A stretch of 64,000 nt of DNA. Source: a virus. Its lineage: Duplodnaviria; Caudoviricetes. Below are positions 29,019-37,084 of this stretch, piece by piece. Location of the stretch: IMG/VR virus record IMGVR_UViG_3300047557_002530; one strand, given 5' to 3'. The position numbers and the translations under genes are program-made. Within the stretch, counting starts at the first letter, position 1; the number at the start of each line of letters is the position of its first letter. The notes under the pieces are model-generated. The model did not search any database. It was not told where the DNA came from and saw only the letters and a program-made list of their open reading frames with translations.

Positions 29019-29794
29019 ATGAAACTTCAATCTAACGACGGTGCAATGGTTGTTGATTATTATCCCATCAAAACTCTGATGGGTGATGTATCTGCTGAGT
29101 GGTTCCTGAAAGTATTGTCTTTCCAAGGCGAAACTCAATCCAAGAAGTTTCTTAACCGAGTTGAAATGAATCTTGAGGTTGATAATTATCTCAATCATCA
29201 AGTTGCCTATAAAGTTGTGGATTTCAATTTGATTCCACAACTTGCTAATCCTTTTTCTGAAGTTTGATGGTTACTCTGGTGATTGGTGGAGTTATTTTCT
29301 TCACCTTTTTGGTTCTTTTCTATCTTGAAGATAGAGATGGTGGTGGTCTTTATGATCCCGATCCATCTGCATCTTATCGCCACCGCAAAAACTAATGCTT
29401 TTCCAAGTAAATCAAATTGAATTCGATTTCTCTGACGATATTGATGATGAATCCCTTGATGCAGAAAAACAAGATGAAATCTATGATGAGGTGATGTCAT
29501 CTATTTGGGAAGCGAGTGATGAAGATGATCTAGTCGAAGAGATCACTTCTACCTATGGTTGGTGCATTAAATCTATCGACTGCTCTGTAATTACTGAAGA
29601 AAACTGAAATGACTAATTTCAACCGCCAAGAACTGATTCAAGAGTATGTTGACCGTGTTCTTGATAACATGAGCACCAAGGATTTGATTCGAATTGTTGG
29701 AGACCAACTGGAAGAGAATCTTTCTACTTACAGTGATGATGAACTTCTCACTGAAGTGCAAGAATACTATCCTGAACTGCTGGAATCTGCCTGA
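29019..29794 (+). other. small ORFs 29019-29267, 29267-29395, 29395-29607, 29609-29794
   Basis: Coupled ORFs. Confidence 0.65.
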
Positions 29795-29978
29795 TTCTCA
29801 ACAGTTTCAGATGGACCGTCGATGAGACTGCGGCGAACGACCTAGGGCACCTGCAAGGCGAAATTGCAGGTTTTTCGGTTTTTGTCACCGCCCAAACCCC
29901 TGTCACACCAAGGGTTCTCATCTGGGACACATATGAGTCTAGGTGCCCCTGGTGCCCTGACCCCAAACCCTAGCACTG

Positions 29979-30034
29979 TGCCAGTTGAGGCACCGTCCAC
30001 TAAACCCCCTGCTGGGTCGGTTCTGTGGTATTCT
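29979..30034 (+). promoter_or_regulatory. promoter element E18
   Basis: TGCCAG-TTGAGGCA-CCGTCC; TATTCT at +50. Confidence 0.65.
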
Positions 30035-30074
30035 TAAGAAGTGGTGAGGGAAGGGCAACCAACTCACTCCACAA

Positions 30075-30545
30075 ATGTCAAACTTAATTCAAATTAAAAT
30101 GACTGTTGATTTCTCCAAGGATGTTATGCTCGGTATGCTCCGCAAAGGTGCTACTGGTAATCAACTCCTGGATATTCTGAATGTCCTGGTTCCCGATCAA
30201 ACTGAACTCACCCGTGAGTATGTTTGTGATCAACTGGGTATTGCTGATTGTCCTGAGAATGATGATGAGATTGCTCGCTATATGGCAGCGGTCTGAGTTT
30301 AATTTGGGGGGAGATTTTTCTCCCCTCTGTGGTTAAGTTCTTTATTCTCAACTCCAATGTTTGTTATTTGCCCCAAGTCTTTCGATTTGATTGATGCAGA
30401 GTGGTTTGATAATGTTTATGAAGCAAAGGATGAAGCACTTGATTGGAGTGTAGAACTCTCTGGTGAGAATGTGATTGTTTATGAGGCACTTGAGGATGAT
30501 GATGGTGCATATGATTTTCAACAACGATATTCTATTTGCGCTTAA
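30075..30545 (+). other. ORFs 30075-30296 and 30357-30545 with a hairpin between them
   Basis: GGGAGA/TCTCCC hairpin at about 30305-30326. Confidence 0.65.
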
Positions 30546-30571
30546 CATTCTTTAATCAATGGAGATTCAAA

Positions 30572-31123
30572 TTGAACATTTACTCTCACCTCAAAGAACG
30601 AAATGTCAATATGAGTCTTCATCGACCAATCATTGATGAAGAGAATTGTATTGCAACTTATCTGCTCTATAATCTCTCTGGTCAAATTGTAGGATATCAG
30701 CAATACAATCCACTTGGTGATAGGAAAATGAATAATAAGTCAAAATCAAAGTATTATACTTATGTGAGTAAGAATAAAAGTTCAGTAGTTCTTTATGGTC
30801 TCGAAAGTCTGCATCTAACTGATGGAGTAATTTATGTGACCGAAGGTATCTATGATGCAATGCGACTAACAAATAAAGGACAAACTGCACTTGCAACTCT
30901 TACAAATAATCCATCCAAAGATGTAATCAATCAACTGAAACTTCTGAATCGACCTATTGTTGTTGTTTGCGACAATGATGATGCAGGACGCAAACTTGCA
31001 AAGTGTGGTGATTATGTAGAAGTTGTTGAGGGTGCAAAAGACCTCGCAGAAGCACCTGAATCTTATGTGGATCACCTGATTAAAAAGTATGGTGGTGTGC
31101 CACTTGTACCACTGACACACTAA
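30572..31123 (+). CDS. TOPRIM-domain (DnaG primase-like) protein without a zinc finger
   Basis: VTEGIYDA, CDNDDAG, KDLAE; TTG start with GGAG Shine-Dalgarno; C-terminus encoded by E19. Confidence 0.8.
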   Translation: MNIYSHLKERNVNMSLHRPIIDEENCIATYLLYNLSGQIVGYQQYNPLGDRKMNNKSKSKYYTYVSKNKSSVVLYGLESLHLTDGVIYVTEGIYDAMRLTNKGQTALATLTNNPSKDVINQLKLLNRPIVVVCDNDDAGRKLAKCGDYVEVVEGAKDLAEAPESYVDHLIKKYGGVPLVPLTH

Positions 31124-31153
31124 AAGAGCACAGACCTCAATCTGTGGTAGATT
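31096..31153 (+). repeat. promoter element E19, a variant of E15/E16
   Basis: TGCCAC-TTGTACCA-CTGACA-CACTAAAAGAGCACAGAC; TAGATT at +50. Confidence 0.8.
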
Positions 31154-31204
31154 AAAAAGGTGGAGGGAGTGAGTCCCGCCCGAGTCCAATTCTTCATTTT
31201 TATT

Positions 31205-31879
31205 ATGGATCGCACTCAAGTTATTGCAAAGATTCAGTCCATTCTGAAACTGCAAGAAAATACCACTTTTGATGGTGAGGCATCCGCTGCCGCTGCAATG
31301 ATTGATAAACTTTGCAAGCAATATGGTATTACCCTCAGTGAAGCAACTGAAACTCAAGTTATTGATGAAGAGTTTCTCACTTTCAAGCGTGTTAATGCTG
31401 CACTGAGTCTTCTGCTTAATGCTGTTGCAAACTTCTATGATGCAAAAGCATATCTGAAGAATGGTGATACTAAATCCATTCAGGTAATTGGTTCTGAGGC
31501 ACAACAAATCCAAGTGCGTCTCTATTATGATTACCTGGTGCAGGTGATGGAGAAAGAGGCAGAAGTCGCACATAAAGCAGAAAAGATTCTTGCTTCACTT
31601 CGCGGCGATTCTGTTTCCCGCAGTTTCAAGATTAACTTCCGCAAAGCATTTGCTGAGAAAGTATCTCTGCGACTGCAGGAAATGAAAAAGGAAGAGGGTC
31701 GAGTTCATGATGATGCTGATGCAGTGAAAAACAAACTCTCTGCAATGCGATTCGGACGTGCAAAGAAAATGAATGGTGCTAACGGTGCTGGTGCTTATGC
31801 TGGTTCTAACGTTGGTGCTGGTGTTTCTTTGAACCGTCAAGCATCTGGTTCTGTAACTAAACAACTGTGTGGTGTGTGA
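31205..31879 (+). CDS. DUF2786 domain-containing protein
   Basis: KIQSILKL...GEASAAAAMIDKLCKQYGI N-terminus; FRKAFA motif. Confidence 0.7.
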   Translation: MDRTQVIAKIQSILKLQENTTFDGEASAAAAMIDKLCKQYGITLSEATETQVIDEEFLTFKRVNAALSLLLNAVANFYDAKAYLKNGDTKSIQVIGSEAQQIQVRLYYDYLVQVMEKEAEVAHKAEKILASLRGDSVSRSFKINFRKAFAEKVSLRLQEMKKEEGRVHDDADAVKNKLSAMRFGRAKKMNGANGAGAYAGSNVGAGVSLNRQASGSVTKQLCGV

Positions 31880-31916
31880 ACTATACACCTCCATTTTCAT
31901 TCCTTCTTGATTCAAA

Positions 31917-32483
31917 ATGCCACAAGTACAGATTACTGAAATTGAGTTCGACCTGGACCCACTTGATAGTATTCAACAACCGAATATGAAAGAATCACTG
32001 CAAGAAGAATATGTGGGAAAAATATATGATCTAGATATGTGTTGTTATAATGAAGTGAATGATGATACTGTATGTGATTGTTTAGTCCAAGAGATTATCA
32101 ATCAATCAGGTTTATGTATTAACCTGATTGACTTCCGTTACATCCTTTTCTGAGATTACAAAATGAACGCACAACTTTCGATTGGCGAATGCAAAGTAAT
32201 GTGGGTTGTTGGTGCATTGGAACGACTTGCAACTCTTGGTTTGATTGGTCCTGATATTCCTCTGCGACTTTCTGCTAGTGCAGTGGAAGATTATATTCAA
32301 ATTGATGAGCACAGGGAGCATCTGTTTGAATCTGATTTTGAAATCATCAATATCTTTACTGAACTTGCTGATACTGAAGATCAAGATCCCGATCAAATTA
32401 AACCTATCATTGAACTGCTGATGCAATACAAAAACAATCGTACTGATATTGTAAGGTATGCACTCTCGCACCAACTCACCTGA
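31917..32483 (+). other. ORFs 31917-32153 and 32163-32483
   Basis: Consecutive ORFs. Confidence 0.65.
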
Positions 32484-32491
32484 TTAAAATA

Positions 32492-33085
32492 ATGCGTCCG
32501 AATCTCCAAAAAGTTGTTACTCTCTTTCAACCAGATGTTGATGGTTATTCTGATTGGGTAAGTATTGCTGATGTCCGAAATGTAGGATTGCGTTGGAGTG
32601 ATAATGGCAATGCCCGAAGGGGTATTGCCTTTGGGGTGAGTGAATATAATTGGGAGTTCAAGCGAGTGAATAATCGTCGCATTGTTGAAATGCGACTGAA
32701 TGGATATAATCAATCTGCTGCATTTAATCAACGTATTCGCAAAGATATTGTTGATGAACTTCGCCAACAAACTAGATCTAACTTTGCTCCTAATTGTATA
32801 ATTCCTCTAGTTGATAATGACAAAGAAATAGATCATCGCTGGGGTAGAAAAGATCATCCAAAATATGAATACATCAATGATGTAAATAATCAGAGTATTG
32901 ATGATTTTCAACTACTTTCACATAGTCATAATCAATTCAAACGAGAGCAATGTGTGAAATGTAAGAATACTAACCTACGATTTTTACCACCAAACAATCA
33001 AGTATTTAAGATTGGTTGCGAAAAATGGGAAAATGAGGTAGGATGTATGGGGTGTCCTCTTGCTCAACCTGAACTGTATCGGTAA
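32492..33085 (+). CDS. IceA1/NlaIII-like HNH restriction endonuclease
   Basis: QPD..G.S.WV, RLNGYN...FNQ.IR.DI, EIDHRWGRK, DDFQLL...N..KR..C..C, GC.GC match the IceA pattern as recalled. Confidence 0.7.
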   Translation: MRPNLQKVVTLFQPDVDGYSDWVSIADVRNVGLRWSDNGNARRGIAFGVSEYNWEFKRVNNRRIVEMRLNGYNQSAAFNQRIRKDIVDELRQQTRSNFAPNCIIPLVDNDKEIDHRWGRKDHPKYEYINDVNNQSIDDFQLLSHSHNQFKREQCVKCKNTNLRFLPPNNQVFKIGCEKWENEVGCMGCPLAQPELYR

Positions 33086-33090
33086 ATCTT

Positions 33091-33615
33091 ATGACATTAG
33101 ACAGTGGAAAACTAATGTATTCCGCAGGGAATAATGATGAGTGCTACACGCCGAAATATGGCGTGACGCCAATTCTTAAATATATCTCTGAAAATGCGAT
33201 TGTCTGGTGTCCATTTGATACTGCAGAGAGTGAGTTTGTTAAACAAATTTCTGAGCAAAATCAAGTTATTTACACGCATATCTCATTTGGACAAGATTTT
33301 CTCACATTCACACCTAAGTTTGAGTGGGATGTAATTGTATCCAATCCACCATTCACAAATAAGCGTAAGTTTTTTGAGAGAGCATTATCATTTGAGAAAC
33401 CATTTGCATTGATTATGACTAATACTTGGTTGAATGATAGTGCTCCAAAACAGTTATTCAAGGACAAAGACTTGCAACTATTGATGTTCGATAAGAGAAT
33501 GAAATTCAATAGTCCTGATGGTAGGGCAAATGATAAAATTACTTTTAGTAGTAGTTATTATTGCTGGAACTTTTTGCCGAAGCAGATCATAATGGAAGAA
33601 CTGGAGATAAAGTGA
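33091..33615 (+). CDS. DNA N6-adenine methyltransferase (small phage type)
   Basis: DECYTP, VWCPFD (SAM binding), VSNPPF (motif IV). Confidence 0.8.
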   Translation: MTLDSGKLMYSAGNNDECYTPKYGVTPILKYISENAIVWCPFDTAESEFVKQISEQNQVIYTHISFGQDFLTFTPKFEWDVIVSNPPFTNKRKFFERALSFEKPFALIMTNTWLNDSAPKQLFKDKDLQLLMFDKRMKFNSPDGRANDKITFSSSYYCWNFLPKQIIMEELEIK

Positions 33616-33621
33616 AGTCCT

Positions 33622-33679
33622 TGTGCCACTTGTACTGGTGGCACACTAAAAGAGCACAGGGTCCAAATTGTGGTATTCT
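33622..33679 (+). repeat. promoter element E20
   Basis: First 38 bp identical to E15/E16; TATTCT at +50. Confidence 0.85.
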
Positions 33680-33736
33680 TAAAGGGTGGAGGGAGCAGGT
33701 CGCACTGTCCCACCTAAGTCCCATTGTTTATTCTTT

Positions 33737-34309
33737 ATGACTTCTTTCACTGTTGTTAAAAAGGGCGAAGAGATTCAGTTTGATTCTTCTTTTGCTGATC
33801 TGAATGAAGCAAAAGAATATCTGAGTCAGCATATGTCTTTTAATGACTTTGCAATGCAACTGGTGGAGAAAAAGAAACTCTCCGAAAAGCAAGTTGCTTG
33901 GGTTCACTATCTTGCAACTCAAAGTGTAATTGATTCTCAAACTCCTGTTGAGTTTGGTCCTTACAAGCAACTTGTGAATAAGATGTATGACACAATGACT
34001 GCTAAAAAGTTTCAGGTGCGACTGCCTGGAATGACTCTAAGCACTGTGAATAAAGGTGCTAACATTGGTTGTGTTTATGTCTTCGAGAACAACAACTATG
34101 TTGGTAAGATTACTTCTACTGGTGATCTGAAAGGTAATGCCAGTGAAGATGTACTGAATATGCTAGAAGATGCAAATGACAATCTTCTGCAACTGGCAAA
34201 GATTTATGGTCATCAGACTGGCACTTGTTCGATTTGTGCTCGCACTCTGAATGATCCTCTCTCCGTGCAAATGGGAATTGGTCCTGTTTGCGCCAAGCGC
34301 CTTGCCTAG
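33737..34309 (+). CDS. protein with a C-terminal DUF6011-like zinc motif
   Basis: CSICARTLNDPLSVQMGIGPVC. Confidence 0.7.
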   Translation: MTSFTVVKKGEEIQFDSSFADLNEAKEYLSQHMSFNDFAMQLVEKKKLSEKQVAWVHYLATQSVIDSQTPVEFGPYKQLVNKMYDTMTAKKFQVRLPGMTLSTVNKGANIGCVYVFENNNYVGKITSTGDLKGNASEDVLNMLEDANDNLLQLAKIYGHQTGTCSICARTLNDPLSVQMGIGPVCAKRLA

Positions 34310-34344
34310 TTCTTATTCATCTGTCCCACATAACAACAACTCCA

Positions 34345-34823
34345 ATGTTTGATCAACTTGAATTCAAAGCACATCCCATTCCTGGTGCAGTTCAAGGAAC
34401 ATATAAGTTTCACAATGGATGGAGTATTTCTGTTGTTTCTGGACTTCCTGGTAGTGGATTATATGGTAATGTGACGGATAATACTTATGAAGTTGCAATT
34501 TATCGCCCAAATGGAAATATGACTGAAGATGTAATTGGATGGAATACTAAGCAAGAAGTAAATGCAATGATGAAAGTTCTGGTACATCTCTGAGGAAAAC
34601 AAAAATGTCTAAAACTCATCGCAACTACGGCAATCATTATGTTTATCGCAAACCAAAAACATTCAATGAGCGCAAACAGTTAGAAACAATGTTGCACGAT
34701 GATGAAGTACAACTGACTAATCGAGAAAAGGCAAAAGTCAATAATCTTCCCACTGTTTATGATGATATTGTGAAGAGTGGATTTTATGAGGAATATAACT
34801 GGAAGCACTATTGGGATTGTTAA
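34345..34823 (+). other. ORFs 34345-34593 and 34605-34823
   Basis: Consecutive ORFs. Confidence 0.65.
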
Positions 34824-34906
34824 ATCCTCAAACGAGTTTGCCACTCGCTTATGGGACACCAAGGGATACATCAGGGATTCTGATGGGTAGAACAACCGTA
34901 AACCCC

Positions 34907-34936
34907 TTGACAAACCCCCTTGGTCCATGGTAGACT
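34907..34936 (+). promoter_or_regulatory. sigma70-type promoter, preceded by a degenerate palindrome at 34839
   Basis: TTGACA-N18-TAGACT. Confidence 0.6.
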
Positions 34937-34960
34937 GAACGGAGTTCAGAGGATGAGACA

Positions 34961-36338
34961 GTGACTACCGCACAACGGATGGAAAAAAAGTTTTTCATTA
35001 ACTTCATTCAACTTGTTAATGAAGTACAAAATGCAAAAACTATTCTTCCTTCTCAAGTTCGCAATCGCAAATCTGCATGGGTTAAGCAAGTTCAAAATCC
35101 CAAGCAAAAAGCAGATGCACTCTCTCGCGTTTAAGTTTTAATTCTCTCAACAAACAAAACAAACAATTCATGATGACTTTTTCCGAAGCAATTCAATCTC
35201 TTCCTTCTTTCATTTCTGAGATGCAAGCAGATTGGGAAATGGTTTATGATTGGATGATTGATATGTGTGAAATTGCTGAGTTCAGTGATGAAGAAAATGC
35301 TGAACTTGCAATTACTTACGCACAATATGCTGACTGAGTTTTAATTCTCTCATTCACCAACACTCAACAAACAAAATGATTATCAAGTACACTTTCGACA
35401 TTGAAACTCAACAACCTGCATATGCAATTTGTAATGAGAATCACCAATGTGGTTTTGTGACTTATGATATGACAAAAGCAATCAAAGCAGCACAATGTAA
35501 AAACTTCGATCAAGTTCAACAACTCATCAATGCCTGAAATGACTGAAATGTACGAAGTTACTTATCAGATTCCTTACAACGATTGTGAGTGGAGAAGTCA
35601 ATACTTTAATACTAAAGATGAAGCAGAGAGAATGCTAGAGTTCTACAAATCTTGTGGTTCGCCTGCTAAACTGTATGAACGTAAAGTAAGTAACTGAAAT
35701 GATTTCTCTTCCTAATCCAATGATTGATTCTGTTACATTACATTCTGCTCTTGTTGAACTTTGTAAAGAGGATCAGAAAGTTCTTCAACAACTATTAGAT
35801 GAGTATATAAGTTCATTGAATACTGATGAACTTAATCGACTTGAAGATTTCATTGTTAATTACTACCGATTCAGCACTTGATCTTTTCGGTCTTGAAGAT
35901 TTCATTGTTAATTACTACGATTGATGAAACTGAAAACTAAAATCAATCTATTGTCAAAAGCAATCAACGGCAAAGAACTTCTTATTATTCTTAATTCACT
36001 GAAATGATTCTTCTTCAAAAACAAGATTACGGTTGCATCTTTACTCTTGACCCTGATTCAAAAGAATTGTATTATGCTCCCATCTATCAAAACAACACTG
36101 TAAATCTAAATGAATTTGCACCTGTTGATCTTGCTGATGTAGATGATGAGTATGATGTACTCTCTATTCAACAAGAACTGATTCAACTTACTCTTAACAA
36201 CTGATGAACGATTCTACACTTGATCTTTTCTGTCAGCACGAAGATGAAGCATTTGCTGATGAATATGCAATGGAATTAGAAAGGAAAGCAGCAGAGTTAG
36301 AAATTACTGTTGATTATTATATGATGGAGTTTATTTGA
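34961..36338 (+). other. final run of very small ORFs (34961-35134, 35170-35337, 35376-35537, 35539-35697, 35699-35881, 36004-36204, 36204-36338)
   Basis: Closely packed short ORFs, mostly below the track cut-off. Confidence 0.6.
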
Positions 36339-36476
36339 TATAATGATAGTGTTATATTAAATAAATGTATTAAAAAACATATATGAGTTTTCAACAAGTC
36401 TGTGGAAAACGTTGTTGAATATGTGGAAAACTATGTTTAATGTCTATAAATGTCTATAAATGTCTATAAATGTCTC
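36339..36476. other. origin-like locus: AT-rich tract, four DnaA-box-like 9-mers, 10-bp tandem repeat
   Basis: TTTTCAACA 36388; TGTGGAAAA 36401 and 36422 (TTTTCCACA on the minus strand); TGTTGAATA 36413; (TGTCTATAAA)x3 36441-36470. Confidence 0.5.
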
Positions 36477-36501
36477 AGAGTCTTGTGATCTTGGATTCTG
36501 T

Positions 36502-36530
36502 ATTATAACACAACAGCACTGTTTTGTCAA
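36502..36530 (-). promoter_or_regulatory. perfect sigma70 consensus promoter pointing left, with no ORF downstream
   Basis: Minus strand TTGACA-N17-TATAAT. Confidence 0.75.
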
Positions 36531-36605
36531 TACCCCGCCGCCACTCAAAAAACTGGCACAAGGCGATAATTATAAAACAGTATAACACTATTGTTATATG
36601 TTATG

Positions 36606-36646
36606 AAACCCGTGAGACTCAGTATTTTTATGAGTCTCACGGGTTT
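36606..36646. repeat. perfect 16-bp inverted repeat
   Basis: AAACCCGTGAGACTCA-N9-TGAGTCTCACGGGTTT. Confidence 0.9.
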
Positions 36647-37084
36647 TTCTTTATGTACCTGTAAGACTCACGCGACGCAAACCACACAGAAAAGTGGCAC
36701 TTGGTCTCATGAGTCTTGCAAAATCGGATGTAGACTGTTAGGGCGGTAAGAGGGAGGGAAGATCATAAGAATCCCCCACACACTGGGTAATACTTATAAA
36801 CACTCCCAGACATACCTATATGCCCCTAGAAGGCGCTTATAATTACTTTTAGGTGTCTTCATACCTTATAGCACCTATTTTAAGTTTTGAAAAAACTTGT
36901 ATAAATAAATCACCTATTCAAATTCAATAGAGCAGCTCTTGAACTTTCCTACGGGACCAAAAGGTAACAATCTGACAGAAAGAGAATAGAATTATAACAC
37001 ATTGATGGTTTATATGAAAGGCGAACAGGGTTTAACTATAGGTTTCCCAATGTGCCAAATGCCCGATGAAGAATATCAAACTCC

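Noticed and set aside
29815-29850. Hammerhead-like GATGAG...CGAA sequence
   Set aside because: The CUGANGA and GAAA cores are incomplete and the three stems cannot be built.
33091-33615. Sugar-phosphate nucleotidyltransferase or tRNA methyltransferase label, which I recall being applied to this family
   Set aside because: NPPF and CPFD motifs plus the adjacent nuclease indicate a DNA amino-methyltransferase.
2689-33679. Elements as integron attC sites
   Set aside because: No GTTRRRY/RYYYAAC ends and no integrase in the window; the fixed spacing to a -10 box fits a promoter.
2689-33679. Elements as NtcA or CRP sites
   Set aside because: Arms and spacing do not match GTA-N8-TAC or TGTGA-N6-TCACA.
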